Origin: Candidatus Peregrinibacteria bacterium
GTDB taxonomy: Bacteria; Patescibacteriota; Gracilibacteria; UBA1369
Reading direction: 5' to 3'
DNA: 64,000 nucleotides
Assembly: GCA_963708185.1 (NCBI GenBank)
Contig: OY970195.1
Coordinates: 224,001-288,000 of the forward strand
Position 1 is the first letter of the stretch; each line of letters begins with the position of its first letter. A program made the translations under genes and the position numbers. Below the pieces are notes generated by a model. That model was not told where the DNA came from. It saw only the letters and a list, made by a program, of their open reading frames with translations, and searched no databases. Shown here piece after piece: positions 37,016 to 47,461 of this stretch.

Positions 37016-38635
37016 ATGAATTTTTTTCTTACAGCGGTCGCGTTTATCATCATTTTTTCCGTACTCGTGCTTATTCACGAGTTTGGTCATTATATTGTGG
37101 CCAAGAAAAGCGGTATTAAGGTCGAAGAGTTCGGATTCGGTTTGCCGCCGAGGATTTGGGGCGTTCGCAAAGGAGAAACGATCTATTCCATCAATGCAAT
37201 TCCTTTCGGCGGTTTCGTGAGACTTTTGGGTGAAGATGCCCGTGACGCGAAGGTTGCAAAAAATCCGAGAAGTTTCGTCAGCAAGCCGGCGCGAGTCCGT
37301 ATTCTGGTCATCGTTGCCGGGGTCATCATGAATTTTATTCTGGCATGGCTGTTGCTGACAATCGGGTTTATTTTCGGTATCCAACCTTTGATTTTAAGTC
37401 CGGATGACGTTTTGAATTCGATCCAGGACGGGACGATCCAGATTCAGCCCGGGATCATCGTTCAGGACGTTCAGGCCGGCGGTGTCGCGGAACAGGCGGG
37501 CATGCAGGCGGGAGACCAGATTGTTCAGGTCAACGGCAAGGATGTTTTTTCTCCCGATGATCTTCAGAGTACGATTACCAATACCAAGAACGCTGCGGTG
37601 GTGGTTGAGATCGACCGCGGCGGGACCCATGATTTTTTGCGGCTCCAGGCTGAAGATAAGGGAGGATTGGGGTTCACTCCGGATCAATTGATTTTTCTGC
37701 CGAGGCTGGTGGTTCAGAACGTGAACCCCGCGCTCAACTATGAAAGCGGGGACATCCAGCCGGGAGACGTGGTCTTGAATCTCAACAATCAAAATATTTA
37801 TAGTTATGATGATTACGTCGCGGCTTTGAGCCAATCGAAACAGGTGACGCTCATGTTGTGGCGTCAGGATAAGGTTGTTAACACGGTCGTTGATCTCCCG
37901 GTCAAACAGCGTGTGGTGATTTCTGACGTGTTTCCCGACAGCCCCGCGGAAAAAGCGAACTTTCAGTCCGGAGACATCGTCTTAAGCGTGAACGGTCAGG
38001 ATATCGTTCTTCCTGATGACGTCCTCGCCATCACCAAACAAAGCCAGGGTAAAGCGTTGACCTACGACGTGCTTCGCAACGGAGAACAGAAGGCCATTCA
38101 GGTCCAGCCCGATCAGAACGGTTTGATCGGCGTGGGACTTTCCTTACTTTATCCGAGTGAAAACCAGTTCATGACCTTGTATGACAAAGATGAACCGACG
38201 TCGGTGTTGAAGATCCAGGATGTTCATTATCCCGTATGGATCGCGCCGGTGAAGGCCGTGGAGGAATCGGTCCGGCTCTCGGGCCTCACCGTGCAGATGT
38301 TCGGGAATGTACTGCGTTCGTTTTTTACCAAGTTTACGATTCCCGAAGGCGTGGCCGGACCAGTCGGCATTGCCCAACTCACCTACACGTTCGTACAACA
38401 GGGCATCTTGTCGGTGTTGCGTTTCATGGCGCTGCTTTCGTTGAGTCTGGCCATCATTAACGTGCTTCCTTTTCCCGCTTTGGATGGAGGAAGACTGTTC
38501 TTTATTTTGGTGGAACTCGCGATCGGCAGAAGGGTCAACGGTAAATGGGAAGCGGTCATTCACACCATCGGATTTTTCCTGTTGATGGCCCTGATTGTGG
38601 CCGTGACCTATAGCGATATTCTGAAATTATTTTAA
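37016..38635 (+). CDS. rseP: RIP metalloprotease RseP (site-2 protease) with three PDZ-like domains
   Basis: 'HEFGH', 'NAIPFGGFV', 'NVLPFPALDGG'. Confidence 0.93.
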   Translation: MNFFLTAVAFIIIFSVLVLIHEFGHYIVAKKSGIKVEEFGFGLPPRIWGVRKGETIYSINAIPFGGFVRLLGEDARDAKVAKNPRSFVSKPARVRILVIVAGVIMNFILAWLLLTIGFIFGIQPLILSPDDVLNSIQDGTIQIQPGIIVQDVQAGGVAEQAGMQAGDQIVQVNGKDVFSPDDLQSTITNTKNAAVVVEIDRGGTHDFLRLQAEDKGGLGFTPDQLIFLPRLVVQNVNPALNYESGDIQPGDVVLNLNNQNIYSYDDYVAALSQSKQVTLMLWRQDKVVNTVVDLPVKQRVVISDVFPDSPAEKANFQSGDIVLSVNGQDIVLPDDVLAITKQSQGKALTYDVLRNGEQKAIQVQPDQNGLIGVGLSLLYPSENQFMTLYDKDEPTSVLKIQDVHYPVWIAPVKAVEESVRLSGLTVQMFGNVLRSFFTKFTIPEGVAGPVGIAQLTYTFVQQGILSVLRFMALLSLSLAIINVLPFPALDGGRLFFILVELAIGRRVNGKWEAVIHTIGFFLLMALIVAVTYSDILKLF

Positions 38636-38886
38636 AGGAAAAATAAATTTTCTTGCGCTCCAAACTTTTTTAGTTTGGGGTCGTTATTGATGGAATTTTA
38701 TAAATATTTTTTAGTAAAGGTTTTTCCCAAGATCTAGTATGTTCGTGGTGTCAAGGTCGCTAGGTGTTGTGTAGTGAAGGTTTGATTTTTTTGACTTGTG
38801 GAAGCCAAAAAAAGTCTTTAGTATTCAGCGTGTTTTCACGGTCATTTTTTAATGACTTTTTAAAACTTTTTCATTTGCTCGGAACG

Positions 38887-40308
38887 ATGGATAAGAAACT
38901 CTTCTGGGAAAAAGTGCTTATGACATTGGCCCCAAAAGCCGGGAAAGCGCATCTCCTCACATTTTTCAAGGATACGATCGTTGCCGGTTACGTTGACGGT
39001 GTCCTCACGATCGGAGTTTCGGGAATCGTTTCCAGAGACAACATCCGCCATCGTTACCATACGAAACTTCTGGAAATCACCAAGTCGTTCGATGCCAACG
39101 TCACCCATATCGAATATGAAGTCATTTCCACGCTTTTGAGCGAAGATCATCCTGACAAGGTTGATCTGAAGAACATTCTGAGCGACGAAACCCCGAAGAT
39201 CCGCAAAGTGCCCAATAAGCAGGAGGTGTTTGTCGACGGCATGCGCAGCAAAATGATGAAGTACACGCTGGACAGCTATATCCCCGGCGCGGACAACCGT
39301 CTCGTCCATGCGGCATGTCTTGCCGTCGCCGCCAAACCCGGCAGCATTTACAATCCACTCTATATTTACGGCGGCGTTGGACTCGGGAAAACGCACCTTT
39401 TACAGGCGACCGGTAACCAGATCCATAAAAACTATCCCAACCTCCGCGTCGTTTACATGACTTCGGAAACTTTCACCAACGAGATCATTGAAGCCATTGG
39501 CAAGCGCCACACCAAACCTTTTAAAGACAAGTATCGAAACGTGGATTGTCTCATCGTTGACGATATCCAGTTTTTTGCCAACAAAGCCACTTCTGAACAG
39601 GAGTTTTTCCATACCTTCAATGAACTTTACGATGCTGGAAAGCAGATCATCATGAGCGCGGACCGTCCTCCTCGCGAACTTGGAGGTCTCGACGACCGTC
39701 TGCGCAGTCGTTTTGCGATGGGCATGGTCATTGAAGTCTGCGTGCCGGAGTTTGAAACGCGTTTTGCCATTCTTCAAAGCAAATGCCAGGAGTACGGCGA
39801 ACTTATCGATCCGGAAATCTTGACGTTGATCGCCAACAACGTCACGAGCAGCGTCCGTGAAATGATCGGCGTGCTGGTCAACGTCATCGCCCAATCGCAA
39901 CTCGAGAATGCGACACCCACCGTGAATTCGGTAACGCATATTCTTCAAAAACTTAACAAGGCCCAGCAAATCATCGGCAAGGCCATGGACCCCCAGGCCG
40001 GGCAGCAGGAACGTCATGTCGTCAGAACACTCGATGACGTCATCGACACCGTCGCGCACTATTACAAGATCGACCGTCAGGTTCTTACCGGTCTGGAACG
40101 CCGCCGCGAAGTCATTATTCCGCGACAGATTTGCATGTATCTCATCCGCGAACTGCTCAACCAGTCTTACGAAACCATCGGCGAAAATTTCGGCGGAAAG
40201 AATCACACAACCGTACTTCATTCCTGCAACAAGATCATGGCCCAGATCAAGGAAGATCAACGGCTCATGCGTGACGTGAACGCCCTGAAGAGAGAGATGG
40301 GCTTTTAG
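38887..40308 (+). CDS. dnaA: Chromosomal replication initiator DnaA
   Basis: 'YNPLYIYGGVGLGKTHLL', 'VDDIQF', 'EFFHTFN', 'FGGKNHTTVLH'; ATG 38887. Confidence 0.96.
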   Translation: MDKKLFWEKVLMTLAPKAGKAHLLTFFKDTIVAGYVDGVLTIGVSGIVSRDNIRHRYHTKLLEITKSFDANVTHIEYEVISTLLSEDHPDKVDLKNILSDETPKIRKVPNKQEVFVDGMRSKMMKYTLDSYIPGADNRLVHAACLAVAAKPGSIYNPLYIYGGVGLGKTHLLQATGNQIHKNYPNLRVVYMTSETFTNEIIEAIGKRHTKPFKDKYRNVDCLIVDDIQFFANKATSEQEFFHTFNELYDAGKQIIMSADRPPRELGGLDDRLRSRFAMGMVIEVCVPEFETRFAILQSKCQEYGELIDPEILTLIANNVTSSVREMIGVLVNVIAQSQLENATPTVNSVTHILQKLNKAQQIIGKAMDPQAGQQERHVVRTLDDVIDTVAHYYKIDRQVLTGLERRREVIIPRQICMYLIRELLNQSYETIGENFGGKNHTTVLHSCNKIMAQIKEDQRLMRDVNALKREMGF

Positions 40309-40380
40309 TCCGCTTTTTTCTTTACATGGGGGCCATTCTTGTTATACTTTGGTCGGTTTTATTTTTAGCAGATTTTTGCT

Positions 40381-41979
40381 ATGCGCCGTGTTTACCGCCG
40401 CAAACGTCCATTCGAATATTTGCTGCCTTTCCTCATTTTTGTCGGGATCGGTGTCATTGTCGTCCTGGGATTCCAGCTCTGGAATAATTTGCAGGGCGTG
40501 AAAGGCGACGTGTATTTTTACGTTGCCAGCGGCAAGGCCAAGATGCTTCAGTACGGGCTTACTGAATGGGATAATGCCTACAGTGGTACCAAACTTCTTT
40601 TGGGTGATTCTGTAAAAACCAGCCAGGACAGCCGTGGCGTTCTGCAGTTTTTTAACGGGACGATCGTCCGTCTCGGCGATGATACGGAAGTGACGATTAC
40701 CGATATCACCAAACGCAGTGACGTGGAAAAAATCGGTCTGACCCTTACTCACGGAAGTGTCTGGATCGACAAGAAACAGACCGAGGGCGTGGACCAGTCC
40801 GATTTCCAGGTCAGAACTTCACATATGCTCGTCAGTGACGTCGGAACGGTTTTTGAGGTGGAAAGTGATACCGATGAAACGGTTCGCGTGATGAAAGGCA
40901 ACGTGAAAGCCCAGATTTTAGGCAATCCGACCGATGTAACTTCCATTCTCGACAGCGTCCAGGTCGGTGTAGGGCAGGAAATGACTCTCAATGCGGCGAT
41001 TTTGAAATCTTTCCAGAATCACGAGACTCCTTCGGTCCTCATGGCGCTGAGTGACGATTTTAAGCTTTCCGACTGGTATTTGTGGAACAGCCGCGAGGAT
41101 GAAAGTCCTTCGGATTTCAGCATTTCCAGCGGGATTGAAACGTCCGGCAGTTCCGAGGCCATGACCTCGATTGAACCGACATCACTTGATACCGAACAGT
41201 CCGCGACTCCATCGACCGAGCAGATCGTCACTCCCGCGCCGACGGGATCAACTTCGACGACGCTTCAGCCTCCGGTCATCAGCCAGCCGAGTCCCGCCGT
41301 CGTCACGACCGACAAGAATAAAATGACGATCAGCGGAACGGTCGGAGCCGGAACGGCAAAAATCGTCATCAGCGAAACGATCGGCGGCAATACCGATGAG
41401 TATACCCTGGGCAAGTTCAAATCGGGAGATACCTCCTTCAGTTATAATGTTTCTGACGCCTTGGGCAACTACAAGTCCGGTGAGAATATTTATCGTGTGT
41501 TTGCGGTCGATGCCGACGGTAAACGCAGCGATTCGTCTGACGTGCATATTACCTATAGCAAACCCGAGGTGACGATCACCGATGCCTTGTCCGCTCCTCA
41601 GGTCAGTACCTATAACGGTTCGCCGTCCTCGACGGTGACCGTTGGGGTGGTGAAAGTCGAAGGAACGGTCGCCGGCGCGAAGAGCGTCGTCGTGAACGGT
41701 TATACGTTAAGCCAGTTCCAGCCGGGGGATAAAACCTGGGTCTATTATGCCAACGAAAGCGCCGGCAATCTGACTCCCGGAGAGAACAGTTATCAAGTCT
41801 ATGCTGTCGATCCACAGGGGAACAAAAGCGATACGACGACCTTTGCGATCACCTATAATAAAACCGCATCTGCTCAAACGCAGGCTTCGTCCGGTTCGAC
41901 GACTTCAAGTTCAACGACAACGTCAACCACTCAAACGACAGGCGGAAGTTCAACCGAAGCGGTTCCGGAAGGGTTTTAA
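40381..41979 (+). CDS. FecR-domain membrane-anchored protein with C-terminal Ig-like domains and S/T-rich linkers
   Basis: TM, 'LLLGDSVKTSQDSRGVLQFFNGTIVRLGDDTEV', 'FQVRT....SDVGTVF'. Confidence 0.78.
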   Translation: MRRVYRRKRPFEYLLPFLIFVGIGVIVVLGFQLWNNLQGVKGDVYFYVASGKAKMLQYGLTEWDNAYSGTKLLLGDSVKTSQDSRGVLQFFNGTIVRLGDDTEVTITDITKRSDVEKIGLTLTHGSVWIDKKQTEGVDQSDFQVRTSHMLVSDVGTVFEVESDTDETVRVMKGNVKAQILGNPTDVTSILDSVQVGVGQEMTLNAAILKSFQNHETPSVLMALSDDFKLSDWYLWNSREDESPSDFSISSGIETSGSSEAMTSIEPTSLDTEQSATPSTEQIVTPAPTGSTSTTLQPPVISQPSPAVVTTDKNKMTISGTVGAGTAKIVISETIGGNTDEYTLGKFKSGDTSFSYNVSDALGNYKSGENIYRVFAVDADGKRSDSSDVHITYSKPEVTITDALSAPQVSTYNGSPSSTVTVGVVKVEGTVAGAKSVVVNGYTLSQFQPGDKTWVYYANESAGNLTPGENSYQVYAVDPQGNKSDTTTFAITYNKTASAQTQASSGSTTSSSTTTSTTQTTGGSSTEAVPEGF

Positions 41980-41997
41980 ACCCGGGTTCAAACGATT

Positions 41998-43038
41998 CTA
42001 TTGGAGATATTTCGCCTTGTTGGCGTTCTGTTCGTCGTTGGTTTTGGCGTAGACCATTTCGCCGGTATCCGGCTTTGTGAGATAATAGAAGTACGGCGAA
42101 TCCTGCGGTTCCAGAGCGGCGGTGATCGCTTTTAACCCGGGATTATCGATCGGGCCGGGAGGAAGCCCCTGGTTCTTGCGGGTATTGTATGGAGAGTCGG
42201 TCTGGAGGTCCTGATAATCGATGGTGTTGTCGTTTTTAAGGTAGAGCAACGTCGCGTCCGCTCCCAGCAGCCAGTGGTTGTCGAGACGTTTCCAGAGGAT
42301 GCCGGAGACGATGGGGCGGTCGGTATCGGTGCTGACTTCCTTTTCGATGATGGACGCCATGGTGATGACGTCATAAAGCGTGTGTCCCTGTTGTTGTGCA
42401 AGTTCGTCGGCGTTGTCGGGAAGGCGTTTCTGGAAGTCCTTCAGCATGAGGTCAATCATGTCCTTGTTGTTGTAATGTGTGAGATCGATATAGTAAGTGT
42501 CGGGAAAAAGGTAGCCTTCGAGAGGATGGGGGAGCTGTTTCATTTTTTGTTGATCCAGGAAGGGATATTTTGCGTAATTGTCGAAATCCTTTACCGCCTG
42601 GACGAACTCTCCGGCCTGGATCGCCCCTAGTCCGGCAAGGCGTTCGTCGATCCCTTCGATCGTTGTGCCTTCGGGAATGGTCAGGGTGAGTTCTCCCTGG
42701 TCGGGATTGATGATCTTTTCGGCGATTTGGGGAATCGTCAGCGCCTGGTTCAGGAGGAATTTCCCGGCAATGATTTTACGGTCGTATCCGCTTTGTTTGG
42801 CGTAATTTTTAAAGGCGTCTTCATCAAGAATAAGGTCCTTGTCATGGAGATTCGTTGCGATGGTGGCGATGGAGTCTCCCTTTTTGATGAGGAACGCCGT
42901 ATCAATGGCATTGTTGGGATTGACCGGCGTGCTGATGAAGTACTGGTAGCGGCTTGAGGTATACCAGAAGTATCCGACGGCAAGGATAACAACGGCTCCG
43001 ATAACGAGGAACACACGTGAACTTCGACGTTTATGCAT
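41998..43038 (-). CDS. mltG: Endolytic transglycosylase MltG
   Basis: 'LEGYLFPDTY', 'ASIIEKE', 'SPYNTRKNQGLPPGPIDNPG'. Confidence 0.95.
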   Translation of the reverse strand: MHKRRSSRVFLVIGAVVILAVGYFWYTSSRYQYFISTPVNPNNAIDTAFLIKKGDSIATIATNLHDKDLILDEDAFKNYAKQSGYDRKIIAGKFLLNQALTIPQIAEKIINPDQGELTLTIPEGTTIEGIDERLAGLGAIQAGEFVQAVKDFDNYAKYPFLDQQKMKQLPHPLEGYLFPDTYYIDLTHYNNKDMIDLMLKDFQKRLPDNADELAQQQGHTLYDVITMASIIEKEVSTDTDRPIVSGILWKRLDNHWLLGADATLLYLKNDNTIDYQDLQTDSPYNTRKNQGLPPGPIDNPGLKAITAALEPQDSPYFYYLTKPDTGEMVYAKTNDEQNANKAKYLQ

Positions 43039-43054
43039 GAAGAATCAATTAAAA

Positions 43055-43348
43055 TTACGCTCCCGGAAGTCCCAGGTCGCCCATGACGCCTTTCATTTTG
43101 TCGGCGGCGATTTGTTGAGATTTTTTGATGGCCTTGTTCAAAGCCTTGATGAGGTTTTCCTGAAGTTTTCCCGGATTCTGGTGCGCCTCTTCCGGAATGG
43201 TGATGGATACGACTTCCTGCTCCCCGTCGATGACGACGACGATTCCGTCGACTTCGGCTTCGATATGCGTATTGCGGAGGTCTTTCTTGATCTCTTTGGC
43301 CTGTCGCTGAAGCTGATAAAGGTTTTTGGCCTGATCGAACATTCCCAT
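43055..43348 (-). CDS. ybaB: YbaB/EbfC nucleoid-associated protein
   Basis: 97 aa, 'VVVIDGEQEVVSITI', 'ALNKAIKKSQ'. Confidence 0.85.
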   Translation of the reverse strand: MGMFDQAKNLYQLQRQAKEIKKDLRNTHIEAEVDGIVVVIDGEQEVVSITIPEEAHQNPGKLQENLIKALNKAIKKSQQIAADKMKGVMGDLGLPGA

Positions 43349-43532
43349 GGGTGTTTTGTTAGTAAATAGTGCTTTATGGCTTTTTTAGGCCGGTATCGGC
43401 GCAATTCCATGCTGCTTTTTGATTGTACGGAAGCCTTCCCCGGGCGTCAATAAAAAACGTTGCTTTCCGCCATTTGTTCGGGTAAACTGCTCGTGCTTTT
43501 GTCTTCAATGAAATTTATTATATTTTAATATT

Positions 43533-44207
43533 ATGGAAAAGATTCTTTTGGACGCCAAGGTCCGCGATGTAAAGATTTCGCCAAGCTACCTTCGCAAACA
43601 ACGCAAGATTCCCGCAATTTATTACGGACACAAAGAGGAAAACATGGCTTTGGAACTTGATTATCAGCCATTCCGTAAAGCTTTCGATAAAGCCGGAAGC
43701 AACCAGATCATCGAACTGAACATTGACGGAAAGACCAAGCCGGTCCTGGTTCATGACGTGCAGTATAATCCTTTGACCGACACGTTTGATCATATCGATT
43801 TTGTTCACGTCAACATGAATGAAGAGGTGAGAGCCGATATTCCCGTCGTCATCATTGGGGTCGCTCCGGCCGTGAAGAACCTCGGAGGTATTTTGACGAC
43901 ACTCCGTCACGAACTTGAAGTGAAATGTCTTCCCGCCGATCTTCCTCATGAGATTCAAGTCGACGTTTCTTCTCTTGAGGAACTCCACAGTTCCATCCAT
44001 ATCCGCGATTTGAATGTTCCGAAAGGTGTGAAAATTTCCGCCAGTCCCGACGATGTTATCGTGACGGTTTCCGTCGTGAAACAGGAAGTCGAAGAAACTC
44101 CTGCGACTGAAGCAGTTGTTGAAGGTGCAGAAGGAGCAGCTCCGGCTGAAGGCGCGGCACCAGCCGAGGGAGCAGCAGCTCCGGCGGCCGCTGAGGAAAA
44201 GAAGTAA
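43533..44207 (+). CDS. rplY: 50S ribosomal protein L25 (Ctc long form)
   Basis: 'LRKQRKIPAIYYG', 'VQYNP....HIDF', 'CLPADLP'. Confidence 0.95.
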   Translation: MEKILLDAKVRDVKISPSYLRKQRKIPAIYYGHKEENMALELDYQPFRKAFDKAGSNQIIELNIDGKTKPVLVHDVQYNPLTDTFDHIDFVHVNMNEEVRADIPVVIIGVAPAVKNLGGILTTLRHELEVKCLPADLPHEIQVDVSSLEELHSSIHIRDLNVPKGVKISASPDDVIVTVSVVKQEVEETPATEAVVEGAEGAAPAEGAAPAEGAAAPAAAEEKK

Positions 44208-44233
44208 GAAGTTCTCCATTGACCTTGTATTGC

Positions 44234-44266
44234 AAGAGACCCGCTGCGAGCAGCGGGTCTCTTTTT
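44234..44266. terminator. Intrinsic terminator
   Basis: AAGAGACCCGCTGC-GA-GCAGCGGGTCTCTTTTT. Confidence 0.85.
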
Positions 44267-44291
44267 GAATCCTTTGAATATACTGTTGGTT

Positions 44292-44834
44292 TTATTTTTT
44301 TGCAGCTATCTTCAGGACGGTGTTCCAGTTGCGGGTGGTCACGTGTTTCCCGAACGTTTTTCCGATGATCTCCATGGCATCAACGGTACGGTTTCCGGGA
44401 ATGATCGTGAGTACGCTGATGAGCGCGTTATCTTTTATCGCCAGGATAGTGAAGTTTTTTTGGGGAGAGACATACGGCAGTTTCATGCTTTGTTCCGGTT
44501 TGCTTTTCAAAAAAGTGATGTACAGGCGCGTATCTTTGGTTATGGGGATGTTCTTAAAAGGGGCCGAAGCGATGAGGGAGTCGATTTGATCCATCGATCT
44601 CAAGATCACTTCGATTTCATGGCCGAACGTTTTTTCCAGTTTTTTTTCGATGATGCCGGTAAGCTCTATCGGGTCGGTTTCCTGCGTTTCGAAAATGGCG
44701 TTCCCGCTTGCGAGAAGCGTCGCCACGTTTTTGAATTTGAGGCTTTGGAGCGTTTTACGAAGGTCTTCCATTTTGACCATTTTGTTTCCGCCAACATTGA
44801 TGCCGCGGAGAAATGCCACGTATTTTGCCATCAT
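44292..44834 (-). CDS. DUF1697 family protein
   Basis: 'YVAFLRGINVGG', 'LASGNAIF', 'TTRNWNTV'. Confidence 0.92.
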   Translation of the reverse strand: MMAKYVAFLRGINVGGNKMVKMEDLRKTLQSLKFKNVATLLASGNAIFETQETDPIELTGIIEKKLEKTFGHEIEVILRSMDQIDSLIASAPFKNIPITKDTRLYITFLKSKPEQSMKLPYVSPQKNFTILAIKDNALISVLTIIPGNRTVDAMEIIGKTFGKHVTTRNWNTVLKIAAKK

Positions 44835-44840
44835 GTCGGG

Positions 44841-45122
44841 TCAGTTGATCAAACTTTCGAGCAGCTTGCGCTGCTGGTCGAGATCTTTGTTTCCTTTTTT
44901 TGATTTTTCTTTTTCGAGGACCTGTTGGATTGCGGTCACCGGGTGATCTTTCAGTTCGAGAAGAATTTTTTCTCCCACCTGAATGTCCCGATCAAGCATG
45001 TTGAGCGGCCACTGGAACGTCTCATAACTTCCGGCGAGTTGAAGCTCTGCGCAGTTTCCGTTGATGGAAGATATGACGGCTTCAACTTGTGAGATGAGCT
45101 GGTTGTTGACGGGATTTTCCAT
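44841..45122 (-). CDS. Small hypothetical protein (DUF3006-like)
   Basis: 'WPLNMLD..IQVGEKI', C-terminal 'RKLLESLIN'. Confidence 0.65.
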   Translation of the reverse strand: MENPVNNQLISQVEAVISSINGNCAELQLAGSYETFQWPLNMLDRDIQVGEKILLELKDHPVTAIQQVLEKEKSKKGNKDLDQQRKLLESLIN

Positions 45123-45151
45123 GGTGTGATTCGAGTGGGGGAAGAGTGTTG

Positions 45152-45179
45152 AAAAGGCGGCCCCGTACGGGGCCGCCTT
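45152..45179 (-). terminator. hppA terminator
   Basis: AAGGCGGCCCC-GTAC-GGGGCCGCCTTTT on the minus strand. Confidence 0.75.
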
Positions 45180-45184
45180 GGTGG

Positions 45185-47254
45185 TTATTTCATGAGAAGA
45201 GCGGCAAGCATCGGAGCCATGATGAGGGCGATGGTGTTGACCACTTTGATGAGCGAGTTGATGGCGGGACCGGCCGTGTCCTTGAACGGGTCGCCGACGG
45301 TGTCACCGACAACAGCGGCTTTGTGGGCGTCGGAACCTTTCCCCCCGAAATGTCCGGATTCAATGTATTTTTTGCCGTTGTCCCAGGCGCCGCCTCCGGT
45401 GCACATCATGAGGGCGAGGAGGAATCCCGAGACGATAAGTCCTCCAAGCATTCCGCCGAGGGCGAGAGGTCCGAGGACATATCCGGTAAAAATGGTCGTA
45501 AAGACCGCCATGAGGGCGGGATAGATCATTCTGCTGAGAGCTGCTTTGGTGACGATGTCCACGCATTGGCCGTAATCAGGTTTTTCTTTTCCGGACATGA
45601 TACCTTTGATCTCTTTGAACTGACGGCGTACTTCTTCCACAACCTTGTAGGCCGTTTTTCCTACGGATTCCATGAGAGAAGCTGCAAAGATGAACGGCAG
45701 TAAACCCCCGATGAACAGTCCCATCAGGACGGCGGGGTTGGTGATGTCGAAAACGAAATGCGCGGTCGGAGCATGAGCGGTGAGTTCCTCGGTATACGCC
45801 TGGAAGAGGACGAGTGCGGCAAGTGCGGCCGAAGCGATGGCGTATCCTTTGGTCACGGCTTTCGTGGTGTTGCCAACGGCGTCGAGTGCGTCGGTGTGGT
45901 TGCGGACTTTTTCAGGGAGTCCGGCCATTTCGGCGATGCCTCCGGCGTTGTCGGTGATTGGACCGTAGGAGTCCGTTGCGATGACCATGCCGGTCGTCGA
46001 CAACATGGCGACCGCCGCGATGGCGATGCCGTAGATCCCGTTCCCGAGGACGGAGTTCTGTCCGAAGTAGTATGCGAGGAAAATCGCCACGAGCACGAGG
46101 ACGACCGGCGCGGCGGTGCTTTCAAGCCCGACGGCGAGACCGGTAATGACGTTGGTCCCTGCTCCGGTTTCGGAAGATTTGGCGATTTTTTTCACGGGAT
46201 CGTATTCCGTTGAAGTGTAGTATTCGGTGATGATGTTAATAAAGAAAGTCACGCCGAGCCCGACGAGAGACGCGTAGTAGATGTTGATGTCTCCGATGAA
46301 AGACTGGTTGATGAAGTAAAATCCGACGGCCGCGAGAATTCCGGTGACGAGCATGCCTTTATACATGGCCATCATAATATTTTTCTTGGGGCCGAGTTTT
46401 ACAAAAAGTGTTCCGATGATGGAAGTGATGACGGCGAGGGATCCGAGGGCGAGGGGGTATTCAACCCCTTTGGCTCCGATGGTGTCGGTGAGCGTTGAAG
46501 CGGCAAGGATCATGGCTGCTATAAGCGTCACGGCGTATGTCTCAAAAAGATCTGCTCCCATGCCTGCACAGTCACCGACGTTGTCTCCGACGTTATCGGC
46601 GATGACCGCCGGATTGCGAGGATCGTCCTCAGGAATGTTTTTTTCGACTTTCCCCACGATGTCCGCTCCCACGTCGGCGGCTTTGGTGAAAATGCCTCCA
46701 CCGATACGGGCAAAGAGTGAAATGAGGGATGCTCCGAATCCGAAGCCGATGAGAAGTTTCGGTGCCTGGTCGACGGATATCCCGAGATTATTCGTGAAGA
46801 TGAAATAGAATCCGCTGACACCAAGAAGGGCCAGCCCCACGACGGCGAGTCCGGTGACCGAACCACCGCGGAAAGCTACGGACAGCGCGTCCTGAAGTGA
46901 GTTTTTTGCCGCTTCGGTGGTGCGCACGTTGGCACGGACCGAAACGTTCATGCCGATATAACCGGCAAGACCGGAAAAAAACGCACCGACGATAAATCCG
47001 ATCGCCGTGAGAATGTTGTCATGGTGTTGCCCCTGAGGAAGAATGTACGCCATCGCGATGAAAATAAGCGTTGCGATGACAATGATCGTCAAAGACTGAC
47101 GGTTCAGATACGCCATGGCACCTTCCTGGATTGATTTGGCAATTTCCTGCATTTTTTCGTTTCCCGGAGATCGCTTCAGGATCGTGACGATAAGCGCAAC
47201 GGCATAAAGAAGGGCAAAAATACTTACAATCATTGCCACTACAGCGACTTGCAT
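45185..47254 (-). CDS. hppA: Membrane-bound pyrophosphatase (K+-independent H+-PPase signature)
   Basis: '[29 protein letters not shown]', 'DNAGGIAEM', '[13 protein letters not shown]', '[11 protein letters not shown]'. Confidence 0.97.
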   Translation of the reverse strand: MQVAVVAMIVSIFALLYAVALIVTILKRSPGNEKMQEIAKSIQEGAMAYLNRQSLTIIVIATLIFIAMAYILPQGQHHDNILTAIGFIVGAFFSGLAGYIGMNVSVRANVRTTEAAKNSLQDALSVAFRGGSVTGLAVVGLALLGVSGFYFIFTNNLGISVDQAPKLLIGFGFGASLISLFARIGGGIFTKAADVGADIVGKVEKNIPEDDPRNPAVIADNVGDNVGDCAGMGADLFETYAVTLIAAMILAASTLTDTIGAKGVEYPLALGSLAVITSIIGTLFVKLGPKKNIMMAMYKGMLVTGILAAVGFYFINQSFIGDINIYYASLVGLGVTFFINIITEYYTSTEYDPVKKIAKSSETGAGTNVITGLAVGLESTAAPVVLVLVAIFLAYYFGQNSVLGNGIYGIAIAAVAMLSTTGMVIATDSYGPITDNAGGIAEMAGLPEKVRNHTDALDAVGNTTKAVTKGYAIASAALAALVLFQAYTEELTAHAPTAHFVFDITNPAVLMGLFIGGLLPFIFAASLMESVGKTAYKVVEEVRRQFKEIKGIMSGKEKPDYGQCVDIVTKAALSRMIYPALMAVFTTIFTGYVLGPLALGGMLGGLIVSGFLLALMMCTGGGAWDNGKKYIESGHFGGKGSDAHKAAVVGDTVGDPFKDTAGPAINSLIKVVNTIALIMAPMLAALLMK

Positions 47255-47461
47255 AGAAAAATAAATTAAGAATTAATCCGGTGTGAAATTGTAGCGAAGA
47301 TCGGGGGATGGAGAAATGTTTATCTTGCACTTTGATTTGATAGATTGTCACTTTTGTGTTTTGGCTATTTTCTCGGCAATTTATTGTGAAGGGTCATTGC
47401 TTTTTTTGATATTTTTCCTTACAATTGTGCATGTTTTACTTTTTAATATTACCCTTTCCAT

